Origin: a virus
IMG/VR virus record: IMGVR_UViG_3300044833_000114
Location: 1-64,000 of that record
DNA: 64,000 bases
Direction: 5' to 3' (one strand)
Positions 18,420-28,400 of the stretch are shown here, piece after piece. Position numbers and translations under genes: made by a program. How positions within the stretch are numbered: position 1 is the stretch's first letter; every line of letters starts with the position of its first letter. The notes beneath the pieces are model-generated. The model saw nothing but the letters and a program-made list of their open reading frames with translations, was not told the DNA's origin and did not search any database.

Positions 18420-18701
18420 ATGAAAGCTATTCGTATTTACACACTGAAAGGCTGCCCCACTTGCGAGGAAGTTAAGAAGTTTATACAGGGCATCTCACTC
18501 GAATTTGAGGAGATAGAAATTGGCATCGACCCAATCGCCCAAGGCGGCATTAAAGCACTGGTCGGAAATGTGCAAGCGCCTATAACCATCTCGTTCTTTA
18601 CGAACGACGTAATCATGGGCAACAACGTGGAGAAGCTGAATGAACTGGCAGATTCTGTTAAGCAGCTTCGCGCAAGCGCATTTAACCCTACTGCTAAGTA
18701 A
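18420..18701 (+). CDS. Glutaredoxin/NrdH-like protein
   Basis: IRIYTLKGCPTCEEVKKFI...QAPI (CxxC plus cis-Pro loop); no signal peptide. Confidence 0.88.
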   Translation: MKAIRIYTLKGCPTCEEVKKFIQGISLEFEEIEIGIDPIAQGGIKALVGNVQAPITISFFTNDVIMGNNVEKLNELADSVKQLRASAFNPTAK

Positions 18702-18924
18702 GGGTACTATTTTTGACCGCTTCTGGCCTAAGCGTCTATCTGCACTTCGTAGTTGTCCAATGTGTTTGGGTTTCTGGACTGCTGGCATAGTCTCCATCTT
18801 CGTCGGCTGGAAGTTGTGGCTGGGCATCGCGGCCATCGGGCATCTCATTTACCTCATTCGAGAAAAATATCTACCTTGTGCGGCATGCTCGGCTCCCGAA
18901 CTGCCCGCCTTTAAAATTTCGTAA
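18640..18924 (+). CDS. DUF1360-like membrane protein with two CxxC motifs
   Basis: LLLSKGTIFDRF...SCPMCLGFW; C-terminal CAAC; about three hydrophobic helices. Confidence 0.7.
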   Translation: MNWQILLSSFAQAHLTLLLSKGTIFDRFWPKRLSALRSCPMCLGFWTAGIVSIFVGWKLWLGIAAIGHLIYLIREKYLPCAACSAPELPAFKIS

Positions 18925-18944
18925 TCGGTCTAAGGAAAACCGTC

Positions 18945-20462
18945 GTGCCCACAACTTTTGTACAAACCAGCGCGGTGAATAATAACGTAATCGGTTTTCA
19001 GAGCAACGTCACTCTTGGAAATATTTTGATTGTGGCTTATGCGGATAGCACCGCCGCAACAGGTATAGCTGACACCATGGGCAATACCTGGACTCTGGTA
19101 GCACCTGGCGGCGCAAACGAAGCCGCAGTGTGGTGGGCAAAAGCGAAAAGTACCGGTCCATGTTCCCTTACTATTTCCGCCACTGTTGTTAATCCCGGAC
19201 TGGTGATTGCTGAATACGCGGGACCAAACGGCGCATCAGGTTCCAGTCCTTATCAAATTATTGGGGCAAACGCGACGGCAGTAAATGCAGGACCCGCAAC
19301 TGCGGTAGCTGGGGCGTTCACAGTAATTTATAACTTCGGTCAAAGCACGACTTATGTAAGCAGTTCTGGAGGCACGCCGAGACAATCGCCATTCGGTACC
19401 ACGCGTTTAAATCTAATAGACAACGTATCAGCCACAGGTTCTTACACGGAAACAGGAACTATGTCCGGAGGATCCACTAACCAGTTCGGCGGTTCTGCGA
19501 TAACGATTGGTCTTGGTTTGGCGCCGGCAGCGACTCCGACGTACAGCCCCGTTGCGGGCTCGTATGGATCATCGCAATCTGTGACCATTACTTGCACGAC
19601 TCCAAGCAGCACGATTACGTACACGACTGACGGAAGTACGCCGGTTCCCGGGTCACACGGCACTGTTTATTCCGGCCCGGTCTCCGTCACCACAACTCAA
19701 ACGATTAAAGCCGTTGCGTCAGCAACGAACTTTGTCAACAGCGCGGAAGCGGACGCCACGTACACAATCACTGGTGGAGGCACACCAGGATCCGCACCCA
19801 GTTCAGGGTTGCAGTCAGTTCAGTTTTTCGGTCGTCTCCCTAACGGACAAATTGCAGCGGTTGCCGTGGACACCCACGGAAACCTGGCGATCTCAGGAGG
19901 CACCGGCGGCGCGATCAACACCGTCGACGTTCTCGGCAACGGTCAAGCCACACCCGCGATGCTTTACGGTGCAACGCCGAGCAGGAAGGTAGTCGCCGTC
20001 GCAGTGGACGCGAACGGAAATCTTTGTGCCACGGTCGGAACAGGTGGCGGGAATCCGAATACCACAGTCGACATCGCGGCTTACGCAGTTCCTACACCGG
20101 TTCAGGTTGTGGGACGAGAACCGATAAGCGGCACTCTATACGCGGTTCCGTTGAACGCATCAAACGCGCTTTTCAATTCCGTGAATCCAGGCAGTACACC
20201 GACAGCATCTCTCGCAGCTCCGTTGGCGAAACCACGCAAGTTGATTTTGTGTGGACGCACACCGAGCGGACAGATCGTGGCGGTGGCTCTGGACGCATCC
20301 GGCCGGCTGTGCATCTCGGGCAGCGGGTCTAGTGGATCCGTCAATGTCGTCGACGTCTACAAGAACGGTCAGCCTCTCGGAATTCAAATCTTCGGCATCA
20401 ACGCTTCGGGAAGCTTGCAGGCAGTGCCTCTCGATGCAAACGGAAACCTATCACTCTCTTAA
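18945..20462 (+). CDS. Virion protein with chitobiase/Fn3-associated domain and five C-terminal repeats
   Basis: ATPTYSPVAGSY..SQSVTI...YTTDGSTP...YSGPV; five G..P.G...AV..D..GNL repeats. Confidence 0.75.
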   Translation: MPTTFVQTSAVNNNVIGFQSNVTLGNILIVAYADSTAATGIADTMGNTWTLVAPGGANEAAVWWAKAKSTGPCSLTISATVVNPGLVIAEYAGPNGASGSSPYQIIGANATAVNAGPATAVAGAFTVIYNFGQSTTYVSSSGGTPRQSPFGTTRLNLIDNVSATGSYTETGTMSGGSTNQFGGSAITIGLGLAPAATPTYSPVAGSYGSSQSVTITCTTPSSTITYTTDGSTPVPGSHGTVYSGPVSVTTTQTIKAVASATNFVNSAEADATYTITGGGTPGSAPSSGLQSVQFFGRLPNGQIAAVAVDTHGNLAISGGTGGAINTVDVLGNGQATPAMLYGATPSRKVVAVAVDANGNLCATVGTGGGNPNTTVDIAAYAVPTPVQVVGREPISGTLYAVPLNASNALFNSVNPGSTPTASLAAPLAKPRKLILCGRTPSGQIVAVALDASGRLCISGSGSSGSVNVVDVYKNGQPLGIQIFGINASGSLQAVPLDANGNLSLS

Positions 20463-20525
20463 GCAACGGCATGGGCATCCGAACACAGCAGCATGATGCC
20501 CACCGTCTTTCTAGGTAGTACCTCC

Positions 20526-20855
20526 ATGAAAATTCCGTACTCGTATTTGTTACTCGGTCCAGGTGCGCTCTTTGCTCTCGGATTCGTTTTGAACGCAGTC
20601 GTTATGGCTGCGAACCACGGACAGATGCCCGTCCTCATTCCGGGCGGCATCGCTGACGGCTGTCCACTCGACCCTCAAGACTTCCTGCACTCCTGTATGA
20701 CTAGCGCAACGCATCTGAAAATCATCGCAGATTGGGTTGTGGCGAAGAGCCTCGGGGTAGCAAGCCCAGGAGACTTCTTCTTGTGGGCTGGTGATTCGTC
20801 ATTCTGGCCTGCGTTAACAGCTTGGATAGCGCTGATGCTCAAAGGCAATCGCTAG
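20526..20855 (+). CDS. DUF5317-like membrane protein
   Basis: LNAVVMAANHGQMPV...H...THLKIIAD...SPGD. Confidence 0.75.
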   Translation: MKIPYSYLLLGPGALFALGFVLNAVVMAANHGQMPVLIPGGIADGCPLDPQDFLHSCMTSATHLKIIADWVVAKSLGVASPGDFFLWAGDSSFWPALTAWIALMLKGNR

Positions 20856-20896
20856 AAAAATATTCTTAAAGTAGAGCTCCCCGAGGAGGGAATCTC

Positions 20897-21631
20897 ATGG
20901 CAAACATCGGTACAGCAAATATCGTTCGCAAGCAAATGCCCTCCGGAGCACCGGAGCACGTCAAGCGTAGGTTGATGGGAACATCGGCCGACTCCCGCGC
21001 CCCATGGGAGACCTACACCCAAGCGGATCCTCTAGCCAACTGCTCAGAGCAGATGAAGGCAGAGATCGCGGAGTACTCCAGGAAACATCACGGCACAACT
21101 TCCTCACAGAACGTGGAGGAGTTGATCCGACAGAAAGAGATGTCGACGGAGATGGTGAAGGAATACAAGTGGTACAAGCAAGAAGAGCTTGTGGATTCAC
21201 CCGAGCGCGTCGGCCGCATCATGCACTGTCTCGAATTCCTCCGGCTGTTGGAGACGATTCGCCCAGCCTATCTGTCGGCGAATATTCGCAAGGGCCTGAG
21301 TGGCCTCGCCGTCTGGCATCCGAAAGATGTCGTCGACGAAGAAACGGGCACGACGAAGCGAGTCGATTGGCAGTACGTATGTGGTGTTCAAGTCGGGTTC
21401 ATGCACGAGTTCTCAAGCATGCACTTCGACAAGCGCGGCCTGCCGCTGAACGAGAAGTGGCGTGGATGGCGCACCGTTCTCCTCCGCCTGATTCAACTGG
21501 GTCATGTAACAGAGCAGCAAGCTCTAGACGTGTTCGGTGATCCTACCGAGTCCGGCTCGCGCAGATACAGAGAGCAGTTGTTCTGCTTCCGAAATCGCAA
21601 ACGCGACGAAGCAGATCACAAGGATGAATAA
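20897..21631 (+). CDS. Hypothetical phage protein
   Basis: RBS GGAGG; RGWRTVLLRLI motif. Confidence 0.8.
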   Translation: MANIGTANIVRKQMPSGAPEHVKRRLMGTSADSRAPWETYTQADPLANCSEQMKAEIAEYSRKHHGTTSSQNVEELIRQKEMSTEMVKEYKWYKQEELVDSPERVGRIMHCLEFLRLLETIRPAYLSANIRKGLSGLAVWHPKDVVDEETGTTKRVDWQYVCGVQVGFMHEFSSMHFDKRGLPLNEKWRGWRTVLLRLIQLGHVTEQQALDVFGDPTESGSRRYREQLFCFRNRKRDEADHKDE

Positions 21632-21785
21632 CATGTTTCTTTCATGGTCACCAGTCGAAGGAACTCACAATTACACCACGCTAGGCGTTACGGCTACCCC
21701 GCATAACGTGCTGGCCTCCAAAGGCGCCACAGCTCACACAATCGCTGGAACTCCAGGGACCGGTCAGATCCGCCTCGGTAAGTAA
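21624..21785 (+). CDS. Small hypothetical protein
   Basis: RBS AAGGA; overlaps the upstream stop. Confidence 0.5.
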   Translation: MNNMFLSWSPVEGTHNYTTLGVTATPHNVLASKGATAHTIAGTPGTGQIRLGK

Positions 21786-21944
21786 GAAAGTTTCAAGCCA
21801 CACAACTTGAAAAGTAAGGGCGCCGATCGTTCGGTGTTCGCTATTCGCGAATACCGAATCGACGCAACGCCACCAGTACGACCAGACGGTGCTGCCGGAC
21901 GAAGTTGTTACCCGGGCGGTCTGGACGTGCTCAGGAGAAATGCC

Positions 21945-22592
21945 ATGAGTAAGGATAAAGAAATAAAATCGCAACTGCCTCAGGCAGATGCGAACGACGG
22001 CGGCTTGGGAGAAATACTGATCTCGCAGTCGATGAATGATCTAGTCCCAGCAACGACTCGTCTGAAGTCTCAAGATGAACTCAATTCCGAAATGACGTTG
22101 ATTCGTCTGGAATCTGAGAAGCTCCGGTTGGAGAAAGAAAAACTCGAACTCGAAAAACTGAAAAACGACGTTTTGGAAATTCGCCGGCAGAAAGAAACCG
22201 ACCGTATTTCCCGCGAGACGGTTCAGGAGTCTCTGAACTTCACGACCGAAAAGCGCATCAACGACGAGACGAATTGCACCCACATGAAGGGCGGCGATTC
22301 CGGATCGATGATGAACGGTGGTCCGGCTCAAGGCAACGATGCCTCGAACTACGCCATGTTCCAACACACGCTAACCACGGGAGTCACCTTCCGTCTGTGT
22401 TCGCGTTGCGGCAAGACGTGGTTCCCGAAGGACCCCGATTACCGTTGGGCGATGTCCCGTCCGACGCGCAACAGCCCGAGCACGGGTTCTCCGTCTCCGG
22501 GTCTGGTTCGTAACCAGGCGCACGTCCGCGTCAAGTCCGAAGTTGAACATCGCCAGCGTCCCCGCAGCGAGTGGGAATACGACGGCGTGTAA
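21945..22592 (+). CDS. Coiled-coil plus Zn-binding hypothetical protein
   Basis: RBS AGGAG; CTH...H...CSRCGKTW. Confidence 0.8.
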   Translation: MSKDKEIKSQLPQADANDGGLGEILISQSMNDLVPATTRLKSQDELNSEMTLIRLESEKLRLEKEKLELEKLKNDVLEIRRQKETDRISRETVQESLNFTTEKRINDETNCTHMKGGDSGSMMNGGPAQGNDASNYAMFQHTLTTGVTFRLCSRCGKTWFPKDPDYRWAMSRPTRNSPSTGSPSPGLVRNQAHVRVKSEVEHRQRPRSEWEYDGV

Positions 22593-22594
22593 CG

Positions 22595-22618
22595 AAACCC
22601 CTCGAATGAGGGGGTTTT
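22595..22618 (+). terminator. Possible intrinsic terminator
   Basis: AAACCCCTC-GAAT-GAGGGGGTTTT directly after a stop codon. Confidence 0.55.
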
Positions 22619-22827
22619 GATGAAAGGAATATCACCAATTACCTGACCACGTAAAGGTGAAGGTGCTACCCGGCTCGACACGATTCGCACAGAAATGAGG
22701 CGTGAGTGGGGTGTAAACAGCGAGCGAAGGCTTTGTGGGTTGTGCCTGCTTTCTCCCGCAAGGGAAAAACAGCCCTCCGTTATTCCGGCGGCGAATAGAA
22801 CGGCCGCGCACACATCGGAGAGAGGAA

Positions 22828-23886
22828 ATGGGAAACAGTACAACGAAGCTCCAGAGCATCGTGGACTACGCCAGGACTTATCCTGACCTCAATCCCGTCC
22901 TCTCTACCGGTGGATTTTCTCAAGAGCCTGCACTGACGATCGCCAATGACGTCATGATCGCGATGCTCTCGAAGCCCTATGCTCCGAAATGGAATCGCAT
23001 TCGGCTTCCGTTTTTCTACACCAACTCCTGGCAGCAAGACTATGCCCTGCCAGGGACCACGAATCTTGCGTGGTTGGAGTACGGCATTCTGATCGACATT
23101 AACTCGACGACAGAACCGAAAGCTAAGTACACCCTGGAAACCGATCGCGATCTGCCCGAGACGTCTGTGCAATACGGACGGCCGGGACAGACTTGCTGGT
23201 TACCAAACGACCAGCTGATTTACGGAACATGGGGTGGCGGAAACACTGGCGAAGGTAGCCAGTCGAATCCCGGCCCGGGCTCCGTGTATGGATTTCTTCT
23301 GGGCGCAGTTGCACAACCCTCTAACCCTCTTCTTCAGATTCAAGACCCCAACGGAAATTTTTGGGTGCTCACCAACGCTCTCACACAGAGCGTCACGCTC
23401 GGCCTGGTTCAACCAACGTGGCCGACCGCAGTCAAATTCCCCACACCAACAAACCCTTCAGTCGTAGCCACCACCCAGGCCGACGGCACAGGTATCTGGA
23501 CTGCAATAAATCCCAAGGGTCAAGGTCTGCGTTTGAATCCTATCCCTTCGCAGCAAGGTAAGGTCTGGCAGGCTCGCGTTTTTGGGCAGGCTCGTCCGGT
23601 GCAGTTCACGTCCCTGAGCCAGGTCATCGATCCGGTTCCTGACGACTACGCTGACGTTTTCCGCCGCGGCTTCATTGCCTACTCCTACATGCATTCGAAA
23701 GATGGGAAAATCCGCGCGAAATTCCTGGATCAACAAAAGCTGTGGCAAGAATCTCTTGTGCAGTTCGTGCAGAAGGGTGATCGCGAGCGCGACAACACAG
23801 GGATCTTCCCATCAGAAGCAATCATGGCATCCCCGGGCGGTACTTATTTGGGTCCTGGCGATCCGTATCAAACCGGCGGGTACTAA
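22828..23886 (+). CDS. Head-tail adaptor / tail tubular protein, paralogue 1
   Basis: EPALTIAN..KWNR..QQDY..LRLNPIP..VPDDY adaptor-like pattern. Confidence 0.7.
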   Translation: MGNSTTKLQSIVDYARTYPDLNPVLSTGGFSQEPALTIANDVMIAMLSKPYAPKWNRIRLPFFYTNSWQQDYALPGTTNLAWLEYGILIDINSTTEPKAKYTLETDRDLPETSVQYGRPGQTCWLPNDQLIYGTWGGGNTGEGSQSNPGPGSVYGFLLGAVAQPSNPLLQIQDPNGNFWVLTNALTQSVTLGLVQPTWPTAVKFPTPTNPSVVATTQADGTGIWTAINPKGQGLRLNPIPSQQGKVWQARVFGQARPVQFTSLSQVIDPVPDDYADVFRRGFIAYSYMHSKDGKIRAKFLDQQKLWQESLVQFVQKGDRERDNTGIFPSEAIMASPGGTYLGPGDPYQTGGY

Positions 23887-23890
23887 TCCA

Positions 23891-24523
23891 ATGAAGAAAC
23901 CCATCCTCTATTTAGTGAGGCATGGATCCACCGTAGACAGCAAACTGAAAATCTTTCGTGGCAACCGGGACTCAGCTCTCGACAAGAAAGGTTTTCTAGA
24001 CGCCCACACCTTGAAAGAGTTCATGGAACGAAAGGAGTGGCATCGAATCTTTTGCTCCACTCTTACTCGTGCGATCCAGACCGCGACAATCATCTGCGAC
24101 GACCAGGAAGATCACCAGCCCGAGACCATCGATGGACTCGAGCCCTGGCGCATCGGCTTCCTGACGGGCCTCCCAAAGAACGAAGAAAATAAAGTAAAGA
24201 TGGCTTTTTACATCGAGCATCTTGACAAGACTCCCGAAGGCGGAGAGTCCCGTCGTGACTTTGAGGCGCGCGTCTGGCCGGTCCTGGCAGAACTGATTCA
24301 GATCGGATGGGAGCAAGGCATACCCTGCATTGCTGTAGCGCACTCTTCCATCGTTCACTCACTCAACCATTTGCTAGAAGGTGAGAACCACAAAGACGTC
24401 GCCGTCAAACCCGGTGGCGTCGTAGAGATTTATTTCGAAGACGGCGAAATTCGCCATCGAGCAATCTTCAAAGCCGGCACCGACGACTCCTCGTTCGGCG
24501 CAAAGCAAAGCCCCACCTCTTAA
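23891..24523 (+). CDS. Histidine phosphatase (phosphoglycerate-mutase family)
   Basis: LYLVRHG, STLTRAIQTA, PEGGES, AVAHS. Confidence 0.9.
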   Translation: MKKPILYLVRHGSTVDSKLKIFRGNRDSALDKKGFLDAHTLKEFMERKEWHRIFCSTLTRAIQTATIICDDQEDHQPETIDGLEPWRIGFLTGLPKNEENKVKMAFYIEHLDKTPEGGESRRDFEARVWPVLAELIQIGWEQGIPCIAVAHSSIVHSLNHLLEGENHKDVAVKPGGVVEIYFEDGEIRHRAIFKAGTDDSSFGAKQSPTS

Positions 24524-24540
24524 GTTCTCAAGGAAAAATC

Positions 24541-25482
24541 ATGGCTGCTACGAAATCTTTACAAGATTCGATCAATTGGATTCGTCCGTTCCTTAACTGG
24601 GCGAGCGTTACCATTGGCGTGAACAGTGAGCCGGCCGTGACCAGTGCGAATCAGGCGCTGCAAACGATCGTGGGTCCTCCCTTCGTCTGGCCTTGGAATC
24701 GAAACTACACCTACTTCTTCACCAACATTGGTCAGCAGGATTACAACGCTGCGATCTCGGGCTTCGGATTCCTCGAGAGCGCGTCGATCGAACTCTGCGG
24801 AAACATCACGTCCGTAGTTGCTAACGGCACCACAGCCGTATTCCAAGCCAAGAACGGATTCAACACGTTGCCGGACGCGGGATTGACTCAGACCGTCACG
24901 ATCTCTGGATGCACAACGTCTGGTTTGAACGGCACCTTCCCCCTCATTGCTTGTGACTCTAATTCTTTCACGATCAACACTTCCGTAACTGTCTCGGAAG
25001 TGGAAGTAGGCGCCACTGCTGTCGCCGGAAAAGCCACGCAGCTCACACTTCAGTGGGGCTCTCTGTCTGAAGAGCGCGCCACCGATCGTCCTACCTTCAT
25101 CGCGACTCAGGAGTCAGATGAGAGCGGAACGACCTTCACCTTCCGATTGATGCCGGTGCCGGACCAGCCATACCGCGTCAACCTGGTCTACCAGCAATCT
25201 CCCTCTCAATTCAATCCAAGCAACCTGAATCAGGCGTGGGGAATTCCCGATCAGCTTCAGTACATCTACAACTACTTCTTCGCTTTCTTCATGTTCGACT
25301 ACTTCGAGGATGCACGCGCGGCTCGCTATCGCCAGCTGGCTGTTGCTTCTCTCCTCGCTCGTCAGTCCGGACTCTCAACCACCGCCAGGAATCTTTTCCT
25401 CGGAAACTTCCTGCAGCTCATGAAAGAAGAGACAGCTTCGCAGTCTGAAGTAACCCAAGGGGATTCGGGTAGAGGAATTTAA
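24541..25482 (+). CDS. Head-tail adaptor, paralogue 2, with inserted beta domain
   Basis: EPAVTSAN..PWNR..QQDY..FRLMPVPD..IPD; insert ITSVV..VTISG...LNGTF. Confidence 0.7.
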   Translation: MAATKSLQDSINWIRPFLNWASVTIGVNSEPAVTSANQALQTIVGPPFVWPWNRNYTYFFTNIGQQDYNAAISGFGFLESASIELCGNITSVVANGTTAVFQAKNGFNTLPDAGLTQTVTISGCTTSGLNGTFPLIACDSNSFTINTSVTVSEVEVGATAVAGKATQLTLQWGSLSEERATDRPTFIATQESDESGTTFTFRLMPVPDQPYRVNLVYQQSPSQFNPSNLNQAWGIPDQLQYIYNYFFAFFMFDYFEDARAARYRQLAVASLLARQSGLSTTARNLFLGNFLQLMKEETASQSEVTQGDSGRGI

Positions 25483-28400
25483 TGGCTAACATTCTACAGG
25501 CCAACGGCGCGCAGCCACAGAAGCCGACGAAGTTTGTCAGCCTCTTCACCTCGCGGTTCATGTCTGGGTTGTTTACCAACCGCAGTCTACTGCGCGGCCC
25601 CCTGTCTTTCATCTATTCGGACTACTACCACGCCGGAGCCACAGACGCTCTGTGCGATGGCTTGAACTCCGAGGTGTCTATCCGGCAGACCATGATTCGC
25701 CGTCCCGGAAATCCTGTGTGGTGTTCTGTCCAGACGACGGAGGCCATCGACAGTTTCTACTCCTTCCACCAATCGAACGGCACGATCTCGGTGATTGCCG
25801 ACGGCACTGCGCACGTCTACGTTGCCACGCCCACAAGTTTGACATCGATCTTCACAAAGTCGGCCGCTGCAGGCGAAGCCACTTTCCAAGGAATCGACAC
25901 GACCCTCTACATCGCCGACGGCGTGGATACGGTGAAGTACATCCCTGGCACCACGAACCCGCAGACAGGCAAGCCTATGTGGAATTGGGGCGGTGCTGCG
26001 CCGACGGTAGCTCCGACTCTCGCGGTCACTCCGACAGGAACCTCCGGTATCGCTTGGGTCGCCTCCACTATGTGGACCACCATGGGGATGCTGTTCGACG
26101 CCAACGGAAACATTCAGCAGTTGACGAGCGTCAACGCTTCGGGAACGAACACGACTCAGCTGGGGACCACCGGAAACGGAGCACCCGCTTTCGTATCTGG
26201 ACCCGGCACCACAGTTACAGAAACCAGTGGAACACCAATCGTCTGGTCGAATCGGGGCCTCATCGGCTCCTGGTCTTCTGGCGCCTCTTATTACAATGCC
26301 TCGACAACTCCCGCCGGCGCAACCCTGAATCTTTCTTGCATCATCTATGACCCGATAACGAAAGCTTGCTACATGCAAATCAACGGAGGTGCTGGTGTTG
26401 TAAGAACCTCCGGCAATACGCGCCCGAATTTCCGCGCAGTGGTGGGTTGGAATCAGGACGGAGATGGAAACTGCAAATGGTTTTACCTCGGCGGTATCGG
26501 GGTTCCAGGGCTCTGGCAACCGTCACACACCTATCAGCTGCTTGGAAGCGTCAGCAACGACGATAGCAATTCGGGAATCGTTACTCCGACGACCGTGTCT
26601 CAGGCCGGGATCGGAACTGCGAATGGGACTCCGCTTTTTTGGTGGATAGCCACCAATACAGGTACATCCGGAACTTCCGGCTCGTACATTCCCACCTGGG
26701 CTACTACTCCAGGATTCCCCACCAACGACGGAACCAACATGATTTGGAACTGCGTCTGCAACGGGACGTGGCTCGCAAACACAAATTATTTTCCGTGGTC
26801 ATCGACCGCGACTTCCTTCGGGGCGATCAAGGACCCGAACGGAAACATCCAGATCTGCATCACAGCGAACGGCCCCAGCGCGCCTACGATACCCGCCACC
26901 TGGGCCACCACCTACGGCAACACCACGCTTGATGGCGTAGGAAGCGGCAACTCTTTCGTTGGCGTCACCTGGGCTTGCGTCGGGTCTTCGTTGTCCTGGG
27001 CGCCGAATACGCAGTGGTATCTACCCACCGGCGGATTCGTTCCTCCTCAGGCCTCGCAGGCGTACGGCGGCGCAACTTTGTCGCAAGCCGGGATCAACGA
27101 ATACGTCATCAACTCAGGCAAAAGTCAGACGCCGGGTCCACCGGCGTGGGGCGCGCTGCACACAAACACCACAGACGGAACTGTTACCTGGTACTCGGCT
27201 TCCGCCTTTACCGCGGCTGGCTTCTCCTTTACCACGGGATACGGCTGGTGCTACGCGTACAAAGCCCGCAAGCTCTCGGACAGCAGCGTTCTCACCGCGC
27301 CGCCTCTACAGATACCGGGCACAAACTCCCCCAATATCACCGGCCCTCTAGGACCCCCAACAGGCTGCGGGGATGGCACGGTCACTTCCGCATCTCCGGT
27401 CGCACAGATTGTCGGAGGAAATACCGGAGCACAAATTCTCATCACGATGGTCGGGTCGACTGATCCTCAGTTCGACACCATCTCCGTATATCGTTCCACG
27501 GATGGATTCGGTGCAGGAGGTCCTTATCTATTCCTGACGGACATTCCGATGCCTCCGATGCGCGGGGCCCTTCCCGGTATAGCCCAGATCATCGACTTCA
27601 TGCCGGACAAAGCGACTGCGCTACTTCCAGGATTAGATCCCCTCGAAGAGGCGCCCGTAGACAACGTCAACGATCCTCCCCCGGGACAATTCGGTTCCAC
27701 GCAGTTCGTTTCTTCTGGAGCGAACACTCCAACAATTCCTTTGGCCGGCACGGCGATCCAGGGGCAGGTGTATCACCAAGGACGTTTGTGGGCTTTCGTC
27801 GGAAACACGGTGTTTGCTTCTGGCGGACCCGATACGAATCCAGGCAACGGATTCACAGCGTGGCCTCCGATTAATGAATTTCCTTTCGACTCTCCAATTG
27901 TTCGGCTTCTTCCGACGGCTAACTCTCTGATCGTGTTCACGACGACAGACGTTTATCTGATCGGCGGCGGACCCGCGATCGCGGATTACTACTCTCAGTT
28001 ACTGGTCGGCGGTGTCGGCCTGCTTTCGTACAACGCCGTCACCGTAATGCTGGGACTTCCCTATCTGTTCACATCCGATCGCCAGTACATAACGATCGAT
28101 CCGAGCGGCGGCTTCACGCGTATCGGTCACCCGATCGGCGACAAACTCACCCAGTACAACCCCACGGCGGTCTACACGACCTACCACAGCTATGGAGACC
28201 TGGAGCACGCCCTGTTCCTGACCGACGGTTCAAGTGAGTGGTACCGTTGCGACCCCAACCCGACACCGGACAGCCAAATGACAGGCCCGATCTGGAGTCC
28301 GAGAGCGACAATCGCTGGCGGATTCAAGGCCGTTCAATCCATCGTGGTTAGCCCGGGGACTACGAAACTTCTCATCGGCCCCGCGGGCGCTGGAAATATT

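Noticed and set aside
22593-22625. Hammerhead ribozyme (GAAAC...TGATGA)
   Set aside because: No CUGAUGA core and no stem I; a terminator-like hairpin is simpler
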